Shown piece after piece: positions 46,568-55,837 of a stretch of DNA of 64,000 bases. The stretch's first letter is position 1. Each line of letters begins with the position of its first letter. A model generated the notes under the pieces. That model did not search any database and was not told the origin of the DNA. It was given only the letters and a program-made list of their open reading frames with translations. The stretch covers positions 62,001-126,000 of IMG/VR virus record IMGVR_UViG_3300034073_003542, one strand, 5' to 3'. Position numbers and translations under genes: made by a program.

Positions 46568-48078
46568 ACGATATAAAGTCTCCTACGAATATCTGCCAAG
46601 GTATGATCTACCAACAAATTACCGTCTTGGAATACCGGCACTAGTTCGCCACCCTCTTCTTCTTCGTGTGTTACTTGATCCCGAAGAACATACTCGCCGC
46701 TCACTAAATCAACTCTCAAAAGTCCTCTGGCGGATTTCTTCATCCCGTCATCAGTCACAGGGTCTTTGAAAATTTCTCGTGGCTGTCCGTCCACTTCACA
46801 GTAGGTACTTTTTACAGCAATTCCTAAAGAATCTCTGGTGTTGTAATTGTAGGTATAGGAACCAATCCCAAAGACGATGTTGTTACTGGCAAATCCCTTC
46901 TTAGCAAGACGTTCACAAATTGCTTCTGCTCGTTCTCGGCTAATAGAATCTCCATAGATACAACCGATATGAGGATCAAGTTCCTTGAATCCCTTAGAAT
47001 TGACTTTACCACCAAATACTTCCCAAAGAAGTTCGATGACACCTTTATATTCGGACTCACTATGATTTTGTTTGTAGTAATCTGAACAGTTTTCATATGG
47101 TAATATTGTACCATCATTGGTTCTAGGATTAGTATTTAGCCCACAAACAATATCTACAGGATCGCCGCTATCTGGACGAATAACCATCTTTCCTTCTCTG
47201 CTCAAGATTTTGTCCTTGAGTTTTGTGCAGAAGGTCGTGCATACTTGCCATAGGTCGAAAGAATCCGAAACAATACTAACAATACCACTTGGGAATTGAT
47301 CTAGGATTCTATTAAAGGAATCAATTTCTTGTTCTTTTCCGTAGCTTGTCATGACAGAATGTTCGGAAGCCGGGACAGAACTACCAATCAATTCTGTTTC
47401 CATATTGGCGTTGTAGTATTCTTCAAGCATAAATACGCTAGGAATAGTATCAGTACCAGTAAAACTCAGAAGATGACCAGCTTGATTAAACGTACTTTCT
47501 GTGCTAGAACGACCTCTTTGACTAAAATCATGACCTTGCCATTGAACAAAACTACGATCATCACAAGTTTTATCGGCCCAATTTTCAAGAATTTTGCGGT
47601 ATTCTCGGGCGATAGTTGCATTGACACACAAATCCCAAATACACGTACTCATTTGTGTTTCAAGAAAATTTACCAACCAAGCAAAATCGTCATGAGTATT
47701 TGTAATAGTAAAGAAAGGAACCTTTTCTCTTACAAGACTTCCTTCTGGTAAAGCTTTAATCAAAATAGGAAGATGCCCAAGATCATGTAGCTTCTCGATA
47801 TGTTCGGTTGGCATATCGTAGAAACTAAAATGTTTGTGGAAACGCTTGAATTGCTGGACTACTTTTTCTTTTGGTTGTTCAAAAAAGTTTCTGTTCCATT
47901 GACCTAATAGGTATTCTTTAAGATAGTATTGTAATCCGAAGAAAACGGATCTATCTGTTTGCATATGTTTGAAAGAGCGAGGAGTAAAATTAGAATATAG
48001 ACGAGTAATCCCACCTGGATACATTAGGTGGTGAAACTGTTTGTAGGAATCACTATTAAGAATCGGCAAAATTTCCAT
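46564..48078 (-). CDS. nadV: Nicotinamide phosphoribosyltransferase-like protein (NadV; Namat if NARP1)
   Basis: SDSYKQFH, FFGLQYY, WLVNFLET, HDFSQRG, GTDT, PASEHSVM, VSDSFD, IRPDSGDP, YGDSI, FGIGSY, KDPVTDDGMKKSARG. Confidence 0.93.
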   Translation of the reverse strand: MEILPILNSDSYKQFHHLMYPGGITRLYSNFTPRSFKHMQTDRSVFFGLQYYLKEYLLGQWNRNFFEQPKEKVVQQFKRFHKHFSFYDMPTEHIEKLHDLGHLPILIKALPEGSLVREKVPFFTITNTHDDFAWLVNFLETQMSTCIWDLCVNATIAREYRKILENWADKTCDDRSFVQWQGHDFSQRGRSSTESTFNQAGHLLSFTGTDTIPSVFMLEEYYNANMETELIGSSVPASEHSVMTSYGKEQEIDSFNRILDQFPSGIVSIVSDSFDLWQVCTTFCTKLKDKILSREGKMVIRPDSGDPVDIVCGLNTNPRTNDGTILPYENCSDYYKQNHSESEYKGVIELLWEVFGGKVNSKGFKELDPHIGCIYGDSISRERAEAICERLAKKGFASNNIVFGIGSYTYNYNTRDSLGIAVKSTYCEVDGQPREIFKDPVTDDGMKKSARGLLRVDLVSGEYVLRDQVTHEEEEGGELVPVFQDGNLLVDHTLADIRRRLYIV

Positions 48079-48121
48079 TATTTTCTCCTGTAAGATTAAC
48101 TCTCTGTCGCCCTATGTTGCT

Positions 48122-48149
48122 ATTATACCAAGTCTGGTGAGTCTGTCAA
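48122..48149 (-). promoter_or_regulatory. sigma70-type promoter with extended -10 for the NAMPT-like gene
   Basis: TTGACA (48149-48144)-16 nt-TATAAT (48127-48122), preceded by TGG. Confidence 0.82.
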
Positions 48150-48164
48150 GCCCTGGCTGTGTTT

Positions 48165-48431
48165 CTAGTCCTTTGACAATTCTTCATTAAAGACCCATTC
48201 TGTATACTTGTTGATTTTTTCTCTATCTATTTTAGTATAGTTATCTATTACCCAATTATATTGATCTTTTATTTCTTGTTTAAGGGATTTAATAAAAGAT
48301 TTGGAGCCTCCATATGATACTGCATTCCACACACGAGACAAAGCTAACAAATATTCTTCTGTTTCAGTATTTCGTGATTCGCCAATTTCTTCTAACAAAT
48401 CAACCATTTCTTCTATAGAAACTTTTTTCAT
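48165..48431 (-). CDS. Small acidic hypothetical protein
   Basis: 88-aa ORF with GAGG RBS. Confidence 0.55.
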   Translation of the reverse strand: MKKVSIEEMVDLLEEIGESRNTETEEYLLALSRVWNAVSYGGSKSFIKSLKQEIKDQYNWVIDNYTKIDREKINKYTEWVFNEELSKD

Positions 48432-48433
48432 TT

Positions 48434-48718
48434 TTAATATCCTCTTCTTAATTTTTCTAGTCTATCTTTTTCTTGCATTTCTCTTATTAGGTCTATTGGT
48501 GTTTGATTAAATGAATTTTCTGTTTGGACTAAAGCAATTTCAATTATCTCCCAGTTCTCTAGATCTTTTTTAATTCTAGGGTTTATCATTATTTCACGAA
48601 GATGTAGTTTGATGTGTCCTATATGATTCCAAGTTTTTCCTTTGTTAGACCATTGTGGATCATAACCACCCTTACTATATAATCCTGTTTTCTTGTGTCT
48701 AATTTTATAGATAAACAT
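48434..48718 (-). CDS. Small hypothetical protein
   Basis: YKIRHKKTGLYSKGG...GKTW..IGHIKLHL motif recurrent in phage early genes. Confidence 0.55.
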   Translation of the reverse strand: MFIYKIRHKKTGLYSKGGYDPQWSNKGKTWNHIGHIKLHLREIMINPRIKKDLENWEIIEIALVQTENSFNQTPIDLIREMQEKDRLEKLRRGY

Positions 48719-48889
48719 TTATTTACTCCAAAATGCTAAATAAGGTAAAGCTAACGGCCATAAAATCGCAAAAACAAAAGGTTTCCACAAATCTTCATTT
48801 TTGCCGCCTAAAATAGCAAGAAAAAGATAAGCAATAAACGAAACAACAACTCCACCGCAATATATGCCTAATAAAAACATACTCATCAT
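48719..48889 (-). CDS. 56-aa two-TM membrane protein (not in ORF track)
   Basis: MMSMFLLGIYCGGVVVSFIAYLFLAILGGKNEDLWKPFVFAILWPLALPYLAFWSK; coupled to both neighbours. Confidence 0.6.
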   Translation of the reverse strand: MMSMFLLGIYCGGVVVSFIAYLFLAILGGKNEDLWKPFVFAILWPLALPYLAFWSK

Positions 48890-49386
48890 ACTGATTGATC
48901 TTCCAAAAATTTTGGTATAAAATAGTTGTCTCGTATGTCAGTTAGAATTTCGCCCAATAAATTCTGTCCACGCCATTTTGTTGGATCTTGGGCGTCAGGA
49001 TGATTTTCCGCAAGACCGATCCCCCAAATTTTATCGTAAGGGCTTGCTTCTACCAGAAGTGTTTTTGCGGTCATTAAAAGTTGTGCGCGTAAATCTTCAT
49101 TTTGCTCAAATTTAAGGATATTGCCCATACGCACTATACTCTTACAATTCTGTTCCCAAATAACAGCATTAAAATTAACTACTTGTCTACCTAATTGTTT
49201 TTGTTCTCTTGGATCTTCTGACAAAAGAATTAAAGACTCGGTTTTAGAATCACCAAAAAGTCTAGCTTTCTCAGCCATCATAAACTGTTCTGCACAATTA
49301 TATGCACGACCATTTAGATAAAAATTGCTTTTATACCACTGAGAAAAAGGTCCGCTCCAAAAGAAGGTAAATTTGTCGTATTTCAT
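48886..49386 (-). CDS. NADAR (YbiA-like) ADP-ribosyl/N-glycoside hydrolase
   Basis: FSQWY, AEQFMMAEKARLFGD, QKQLGRQV, KFEQN..L...L, VEASPYDKIWGIG, GQNLLG. Confidence 0.92.
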   Translation of the reverse strand: MKYDKFTFFWSGPFSQWYKSNFYLNGRAYNCAEQFMMAEKARLFGDSKTESLILLSEDPREQKQLGRQVVNFNAVIWEQNCKSIVRMGNILKFEQNEDLRAQLLMTAKTLLVEASPYDKIWGIGLAENHPDAQDPTKWRGQNLLGEILTDIRDNYFIPKFLEDQSV

Positions 49387-50148
49387 TTAAGCTCCAACAG
49401 TGGCTAGAGACACTTCGCCTGTCCGATTAAAAATCCTCTTGATTCCAGCTTCTTCTAGAACCCCAAGTCCCTTAGAATATATTCCGTGACTTGTATATAA
49501 ATAAACCGAAGCCACATCCTTAGAGTATAAGAGCTTTGCGGCCTCAATAAATGTTCGACCTCCATCGCAAATATCATCAATAATTAAAACGCTATGTCCC
49601 GCAAGATCGTATGTTTGTTCAGATATTTTTAGTCCAGTAATTTGACCAGTTAATTGATCTCTTTCTTTATCTAAAACGACTGTGTGAAATCCAGTAGGAA
49701 CGCAATGCTCATAGCGAATTAAACTACCGTGATCTGGATAACAGATAAAGTCGGGTCGAACTTCCCTAAGAACATCGTATATTTCTGATGTTGGCTCAAT
49801 ATCTACAAAATTTGATGGAAGTAAATGTTTAGAATGAGCATCATAAGTATATACGCGATTATAAAAAGGAGCAATAATCTTCAAGAAGGTATTGAGTCCA
49901 AAAGTCGTATCATTTGCAATAGGTTTATCTTGACGACCATAAGGAAGAAACGGAATATATAGATTAGCGTTATGTTGAAGTAAATCTCCCAACTGACAAA
50001 CAGTAACTAATTCATGGTCGCCCTCATAAATCCATTCAACATCACAACGCTTACATTCTAACAATTCATCATCAAGCTTCCACACTTGTTGAGTCTTATC
50101 TGGAAAAATGGTTGGAATAATTTTTTCGCCGTTCAATGTTACTGACAT
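49387..50148 (-). CDS. prs: Ribose-phosphate pyrophosphokinase-like protein (Prs; Adps if NARP1)
   Basis: FPD, PFLPYGRQDK, DAHS, PDHGS, LIIDDICDGGRTF, SHGIYSKG. Confidence 0.88.
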   Translation of the reverse strand: MSVTLNGEKIIPTIFPDKTQQVWKLDDELLECKRCDVEWIYEGDHELVTVCQLGDLLQHNANLYIPFLPYGRQDKPIANDTTFGLNTFLKIIAPFYNRVYTYDAHSKHLLPSNFVDIEPTSEIYDVLREVRPDFICYPDHGSLIRYEHCVPTGFHTVVLDKERDQLTGQITGLKISEQTYDLAGHSVLIIDDICDGGRTFIEAAKLLYSKDVASVYLYTSHGIYSKGLGVLEEAGIKRIFNRTGEVSLATVGA

Positions 50149-51221
50149 TTTTCAATAGTCTCCTTAATAATCTTAGCAGTATTTTCCCAAGTAAACTTCT
50201 TACACGTACCTAAACCATGAGCATTATATACGATACGATTCTCATAACAATGTCTCATATATTGTTTTGTTTGCTGGAATTGTTTTTCGCCCAGTTTTGC
50301 CCATTTTCCTGTTCCAAAAAACCATTTTCCGTCATTAGCTACTTCCAATTCATCAATATCAACAAGGAATGAATTGTCTTTAGTACAATATTGAGTATGA
50401 GCGGAATAGTTAGTTGCTATGATCGGTTTATTCAATGCCATACTTTCCAGAATTGAATTATTCCATCCTTCTGCTCTTGATAAAAATACTCCACAATGCC
50501 CTAACGATATATATTGTGCTAAATGATGTTGTGTTGGTAGTCTCTCAAATATTTTGATCTTCTTTTGTAGAGGAGATAGTTTGACTAGATTTTCCCATTG
50601 AGCTGTTTCTTCTGCGTTTAAGAACGGATTTGCGGGAAGTAACCATAATTCTACATTATCTGTTTGACTAAATGTGTTATTGAAGCATTGTATGAGAAAA
50701 TCGTGAGCTTTTCTTGTTTCCCATTTACCAATATGAAAAAACACATATGGTTGTTGTGGGTCTTCGATCTTTATTCTACGCTCGTCTTTAAAAATGTCAA
50801 GGTCAACTGCTAGAGGGGCTACATAAACAGGCTTGACTACTCCATTATCAATTAGGACTTGTTTTGCCCATTCGCTCGACACAAATATTCCGTCGCATGA
50901 ATTTAGGTGTACGCGCTCTTGATCTGTTAATTGATCTACTTCAAAAAAAACATGACTGAAATATGGACCACTTCCTATTCTTTGGGCGAGGTCAAATTGA
51001 TGCCAGATTTTTAAGCAGGGAGCTTTGTAGTCAAAGTTTTGGGCGTTTCCATAAGTCTCTTGAACTATAGCTTTTTCTATGTCGTTATTGAGTTGAATAT
51101 TTTGGGTACTCATAGGAAACAAACTAATATCAACTCCAAGATTATGTAATCCTTTTAGGATGTTGACGCTTGTAATTCCATAGCCAGTTGTGCCTAGTGG
51201 ACACTGTAGATTAAGTTTCAT
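50139..51221 (-). CDS. Glycosyltransferase, GT4/GT-B
   Basis: TGYG, SEWAK, FFHIGKWETRK, FLSRAEGWNNSILESMAL, ATNYSAH. Confidence 0.85.
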   Translation of the reverse strand: MKLNLQCPLGTTGYGITSVNILKGLHNLGVDISLFPMSTQNIQLNNDIEKAIVQETYGNAQNFDYKAPCLKIWHQFDLAQRIGSGPYFSHVFFEVDQLTDQERVHLNSCDGIFVSSEWAKQVLIDNGVVKPVYVAPLAVDLDIFKDERRIKIEDPQQPYVFFHIGKWETRKAHDFLIQCFNNTFSQTDNVELWLLPANPFLNAEETAQWENLVKLSPLQKKIKIFERLPTQHHLAQYISLGHCGVFLSRAEGWNNSILESMALNKPIIATNYSAHTQYCTKDNSFLVDIDELEVANDGKWFFGTGKWAKLGEKQFQQTKQYMRHCYENRIVYNAHGLGTCKKFTWENTAKIIKETIEKCQ

Positions 51222-51970
51222 TATATTTTATCTTTCCATTCTTTTGATATTTCATGACATGTTCTTATAAAGTATTCTAAATCAAAATCACTTTTCATTC
51301 GTTGTAGGTCTTTGTGTACCCAGCCTATATTATCAATAGTATATCCTTTACTTGAGTCTATTCTATCTAAGGACGCTGTTTTGTTGTGTACTGATATTTC
51401 TCTACCAGTTAAATAACATTTATGGTTTTGTTTTTCTAGCAATAAATCCATATCTTCTATTGTTAGAGAAAATTTTCTATTTTTACTTTTAGCTCCCAAC
51501 TTAACTTGGGCAAAATAAGTTCCTGTTATATTTTTTGTACCTTTATAAGAAACATGATCAATTCCGCGTTTTCTTCTACTACAATTTTTACATACTTTAG
51601 TTTTTCCTAATTCACTAGCTTTTGTCACATATTCATATCCGCATACACAACGAATTAATATTTTTCTTCTATTATTAATAAGCTCTTTAGTATATCCAAT
51701 AACAGTAAAATTATTAATTATATCTCCAGACTTATATTTATGTAAATTATTTTTAGCAAAGCAACTTTTACAAGAATTAATTCTTTTTATATTTCCTGTA
51801 GGAACTATTCTAATTTTTCCACATTCGCATCTAACTTTAACGTGCCAAGCTTTGTTTCTTCTAAAAGGTTTTTTTGATATTACTGTATAAAGACCATATT
51901 TATCTCCATATTTTGTAATAATTCTTTTTGTTTTGTGGTTTTTACTATCTTTTTGTTTCAATTTTTTCAT
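51221..51970 (-). CDS. Free-standing HNH-type homing endonuclease
   Basis: Repeated GDxxxxxTVI...RCxCG modules, CYLTG, SLDRIDSSKGYTIDNIGWVH. Confidence 0.75.
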   Translation of the reverse strand: MKKLKQKDSKNHKTKRIITKYGDKYGLYTVISKKPFRRNKAWHVKVRCECGKIRIVPTGNIKRINSCKSCFAKNNLHKYKSGDIINNFTVIGYTKELINNRRKILIRCVCGYEYVTKASELGKTKVCKNCSRRKRGIDHVSYKGTKNITGTYFAQVKLGAKSKNRKFSLTIEDMDLLLEKQNHKCYLTGREISVHNKTASLDRIDSSKGYTIDNIGWVHKDLQRMKSDFDLEYFIRTCHEISKEWKDKI

Positions 51971-53070
51971 ATCAGATATTGTGGATTCTTATTGTCATGA
52001 ATTTTTGTTACTCTTATAAAACTCGCGCATTTATTCATATCTTTAATACATACTGCTCCAATATAAGAGCAACATGATCTTATTCCTCCTAGTAGTTCAT
52101 TAATAATATTTTGTATTGGTCCTTTATATGGAACCGTAATTTTAGTTCCTTCACTAGCTCTATAGTCTTTTTTTGTGTCTTCATATATCGCTTGTGCATA
52201 ATGTGTTGACATCCCATAATATGTAAAGTTAATTTTTTGTGGGATTTTCTTTGGGTCGATACTACAATAATCATAAGTCCATTCACCAACACATTCATCT
52301 ACACCAGAAAAATAGCCGCCAAGACAAATAAAATCAGCCCCAGCACATAACGCTTTCGCTATATCTCCTGAATTTTTATGTCCACCATCAGAACAAACTA
52401 GTCCTATTTTTTTAGGTTCCTTTTGTTGTCCATGAGCTATATATCCATTATTTATAACACAACTTAATTGAGGAAATCCACAACCTGTAACAAATCTTGA
52501 AAGACAAGCCGATCCACCACCAATTCCAACCTTAACAATATCAACCCCGCCATGAATAATAAGTTCTTGTGTAGAAGCCGTGTTAGTTACATTTCCAGCC
52601 ATAATTATTGAATCTTCAAAATGTGATCTAACTTCTTTGCAATACTTAACAAAACTATCCATATGTCCATTAGGAACATCAATACAGATATTGGGCGACT
52701 CTATATCTAGGGCCAGAAGCTGATTGTCTAGCTCTATTAGTTTGCTTAGTTCGCTCTTTTTATATCCTATACTAATCCAAACATAAGGTATATTTTGTGG
52801 TTTCTGTTTAAAGTACTGTACTAATTCTTCTACAGAATGATACTTATGCAAAACAGCAATCATGTTATTGTCAGCCATCTTATCTGCAATAGGGAATGAG
52901 CAAAATCCCATATTGGCACACATAACTGGTGTACCTTTCCATGTTCTAGGAGAATGATAAAACTTAAATTCGCGCAAAATCTCAATATCTGCTCTACTAT
53001 CAACAGTAGATCTTTGCGGTTCAATAAGAACATCGTCAAAATCCAATTGGATTTCATTGTTGATTTTCAT
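51967..53070 (-). CDS. guaC: GMP reductase (IMPDH/GMPR family, no CBS domains)
   Basis: LDFDDVLIEPQRS, CIDVPNGH, AGNV, KVGIGGGSAC, SDGG, YYGMS, ASEG, GGIRSCCSYIGA. Confidence 0.85.
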   Translation of the reverse strand: MKINNEIQLDFDDVLIEPQRSTVDSRADIEILREFKFYHSPRTWKGTPVMCANMGFCSFPIADKMADNNMIAVLHKYHSVEELVQYFKQKPQNIPYVWISIGYKKSELSKLIELDNQLLALDIESPNICIDVPNGHMDSFVKYCKEVRSHFEDSIIMAGNVTNTASTQELIIHGGVDIVKVGIGGGSACLSRFVTGCGFPQLSCVINNGYIAHGQQKEPKKIGLVCSDGGHKNSGDIAKALCAGADFICLGGYFSGVDECVGEWTYDYCSIDPKKIPQKINFTYYGMSTHYAQAIYEDTKKDYRASEGTKITVPYKGPIQNIINELLGGIRSCCSYIGAVCIKDMNKCASFIRVTKIHDNKNPQYLI

Positions 53071-53116
53071 CGAAACAAATTCTCCTCAAGACAAATTTAG
53101 CGTGTCACTATGTATG

Positions 53117-53728
53117 TTATTTAACTAGCTGTCTAATGTTTTCCAAGCCCTTCTTTATATTAAGACGAACGGCTTCGCGTGACACCCCGAATTCTTTTCC
53201 TATATCATTCAGGCTCAAATCGTCAATATAGTATCTCTTGATTTGTTCTTTCTGTTTTTCGTTAACTACTCCTGATTCTAACAGAGCATTAAGGTCTTGT
53301 TTTATGAGATTTATTTGTTCATTGCTTGATGACTCAAATGATGGATCAGTTTGTTTTGGATCAGCAAAAATTTCATGTAGAGAATATTCTTGGTCGTTAC
53401 TTGGTTTAGTAATTCTATCTAAACTAATCATTTGATAAGGGCCGTTTTCTTTTTTGTATTTGCCACTAACATAAGACTTGATTGCCCATATCGCACACTG
53501 ATTCCTATATGAATATGCTGTTTTTGATTTTTGTGTCTTTCCTTTTCTTGTTGGATCAAATCTACTATCGCCCAACATAATTGCTGTAGCAACGTCACTA
53601 ATAGCGTCCTCGCTTTGTAACATTTCGTTTTTGAGTCCTGTATAAAACTTTGGAGCAAATTTACTAATCATTTTTTTGGCTAGTGTTAAGTAATCGCCCA
53701 AAGATGCGCATTGTGTCATTGTTTGCAT
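53117..53728 (-). CDS. Phage RNA polymerase sigma factor (sigma70-like regions 2 and 4)
   Basis: RFDPTR...YRNQCAIWAI; RYYIDDLSLNDIGKEFGVSREAVR HTH; start set at MQTM after an AGGA RBS (ORF track extends to 53803). Confidence 0.8.
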   Translation of the reverse strand: MQTMTQCASLGDYLTLAKKMISKFAPKFYTGLKNEMLQSEDAISDVATAIMLGDSRFDPTRKGKTQKSKTAYSYRNQCAIWAIKSYVSGKYKKENGPYQMISLDRITKPSNDQEYSLHEIFADPKQTDPSFESSSNEQINLIKQDLNALLESGVVNEKQKEQIKRYYIDDLSLNDIGKEFGVSREAVRLNIKKGLENIRQLVK

Positions 53729-53819
53729 ATTTTTCCTTTTCTTTTTCTTGTTAGTTGTCCTAGTACTAGTTTTTTTAGTACTGTTTTGATTTTTCCTGTT
53801 CATTACGCTTCAAGTTCCT

Positions 53820-53847
53820 ATTGTACCATGAGCTTCCTGTGTGTCAA
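53820..53847 (-). promoter_or_regulatory. sigma70-type promoter with extended -10 for the sigma factor gene
   Basis: TTGACA (53847-53842)-16 nt-TACAAT (53825-53820), preceded by TGG. Confidence 0.78.
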
Positions 53848-53870
53848 GCGAGTCGCTGGTGACGCTAATG

Positions 53871-54755
53871 TTAGTAGTTTTCATAATAATTTTTCCAAGA
53901 TTTGAATGAAGAATATTTAATATTATTATGTTTACAAAATTCTCTTTTAGATAAACCAGAATCTTTCCATTCTCCATATTTTTGTTTTTTGTATTCTAGA
54001 TCTTTAACTCGCACAGATTTCTGAATAGGCTTCTTATCTCTAATATAACTACATTTCCACAATGAAATTGTTCTACTGTCAACACCTATTAATTTTGCGT
54101 AATCTGTTTGAGTTAAACCTAGTTCTTTCATTTTTTTTATATGTTTAATTTTATTGTTTGCTGTCAAGTTTCTTAGGTCTGGACGATATTTCCTAATCCA
54201 CCAATTAAATAAATTATTTTTAATATCATATTTTTTACAAATATTCTTTTTTTCTATAGGAAATGAATTTTCCCACTCATTCAAAATCTTATGAATTTGC
54301 TTCAAAGAAAATGTTAGTCTTTCGTCTCTTTGGATATTCCAGTATTTTTGGTTCCTATTTAAACAGGAATTAGACATATTTTTTCTATGATGTGTAGTAA
54401 ATTTTTTGCCAATATTGGAAAATTTAATATCTTCAGATTCCGTTAATATATTAGTTAATATTCCTGTCTTGTCTTCAATTTTACCAAACCATCTTATAAG
54501 AAAACTTTCTTTTCTCAGGGCTTCTTCGTATGAATCGCACTCATATAAAACTTTAATGAGCGCACCGTACTTATTTATATATGCTTTTTTTATAGGATTG
54601 TTTGCTCTGTTTTTATGGCTATTTATTCTTCTTTTTATGTCTTTAGTTATCCCTATATAAAATAGGCCATCGTCTACTTTATTGGTGATATATTTAAAAT
54701 TTTTTTCCTTATATAGTCCATAAACATAAATTTTCATACGTTTGCTAATTCTCAC
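53871..54755 (-). CDS. GIY-YIG homing endonuclease with C-terminal HTH modules
   Basis: IYVYGL...FYIGITKDIKRRINSH...E..LI..F...LTN; GLTQTDYAKLIGVDSRTISLW. Confidence 0.8.
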   Translation of the reverse strand: MRISKRMKIYVYGLYKEKNFKYITNKVDDGLFYIGITKDIKRRINSHKNRANNPIKKAYINKYGALIKVLYECDSYEEALRKESFLIRWFGKIEDKTGILTNILTESEDIKFSNIGKKFTTHHRKNMSNSCLNRNQKYWNIQRDERLTFSLKQIHKILNEWENSFPIEKKNICKKYDIKNNLFNWWIRKYRPDLRNLTANNKIKHIKKMKELGLTQTDYAKLIGVDSRTISLWKCSYIRDKKPIQKSVRVKDLEYKKQKYGEWKDSGLSKREFCKHNNIKYSSFKSWKNYYENY

Positions 54756-54769
54756 TTAATACATTGACT

Positions 54770-55807
54770 TTACCAGCTCCACTTGCACGACCACCACCTA
54801 GCTTTCCATTTTGGACCAGGATTATCACAATTGTGCCTAGCCCTAAAACTTTTTCTTCGTTCTGGATCGTTTTTCTTGATTCGCATGTTCGGATCGCCAA
54901 ATCTTAAAATAATCACTTTACCTTTTTCGTTTTTTACATATACTGCAAATTTTTTCGGACCATCTGGTGTACGAAAAGGTTTATTAAGCTTTACTTTACG
55001 CCCCTGATATTCTTCTGCTCTGCCCATGTATAATAACTGTTGACCATCTTTCTTATGTAAACCAGTTCTATCGAAGAAGAATATTTCATTTGTTGTTGGA
55101 TCTCTATATTTAAATAGGGCTGATTCCATTTCTTGTTTGTTTTCTTCTTCATTTTCGTCTTCATGCTCGTATTCGTCTTCATATTTTCCAGGCTCATAAT
55201 ATTTAACAAAATCATAAACATTTTGTATATATATTTCTGCCTTAGAAATCATATCTTTTGTCCAATCTTGAAACTCTACTTCCGTATTCATGACTTTTAG
55301 AAGCTCTGTAACTTCCATTAATTGGTCATGCATTTTTTGAATTTGCTCCAAAGCCATCTCGTCACCGCTACTAGATTGCGCTTTTTTCCAAGATTCTGGG
55401 TCTGGTCTGTCTTTGTCTCCTGGTTTTGCGGGTCTATACTTTTTACCCTCCCTTTGGCGCTTTCTTCTAATATTTTCCCAAAGACCTGGTCGTTCTTTTG
55501 CGCAATCCCATTCTTCTACTGTTTCACCAAAATCTTCATATTCATCCTCTAATGGAACATAGAAATTTATTGGCGATAGCTCTTCTGTGACCCCGTCTTC
55601 TTCGCATTCACAGTCGCTATAAGTAATTTGTTCTTGAAGGGCTTCCAAAATTTCGCTGACTACAGAACCTTTTGTGTTAGCTTGTCTATTACAAATAGCG
55701 TATCTTTGTCCTTTGTCTGGATATTCTTTATTCATAACGGGATCACTCATACATCTAGACATAAATTTGTCAATTTTTTCATCTTTTTCTCTTTTAGGTA
55801 TTGGCAT
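54770..55807 (-). CDS. Composite charged protein, putative head/prohead-associated; DUF6321-like C-terminus
   Basis: MPIPKRE..FMSRCM..YAIC N-module, PGLWENIRRKR module, KLNKPFRT..KKFAVYVK..RFGDPNM..RRKSFRARHNC..ARWWSC C-module. Confidence 0.6.
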   Translation of the reverse strand: MPIPKREKDEKIDKFMSRCMSDPVMNKEYPDKGQRYAICNRQANTKGSVVSEILEALQEQITYSDCECEEDGVTEELSPINFYVPLEDEYEDFGETVEEWDCAKERPGLWENIRRKRQREGKKYRPAKPGDKDRPDPESWKKAQSSSGDEMALEQIQKMHDQLMEVTELLKVMNTEVEFQDWTKDMISKAEIYIQNVYDFVKYYEPGKYEDEYEHEDENEEENKQEMESALFKYRDPTTNEIFFFDRTGLHKKDGQQLLYMGRAEEYQGRKVKLNKPFRTPDGPKKFAVYVKNEKGKVIILRFGDPNMRIKKNDPERRKSFRARHNCDNPGPKWKARWWSCKWSW

Positions 55808-55828
55808 ATATTTTCTCCTTTGATTAGG

Positions 55829-55836
55829 ATACACCA
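55829..55836 (-). promoter_or_regulatory. TGGTGTAT motif, putative late promoter
   Basis: 22 nt upstream of the ATG at 55807, before an AAGGAG RBS. Confidence 0.5.
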
Positions 55837-55837
55837 A

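Noticed and set aside
46564-50148. NARP2 (Nampt + Nmnat)
   Set aside because: No HIGH-motif adenylyltransferase is visible in the window; the partner is Prs-like.
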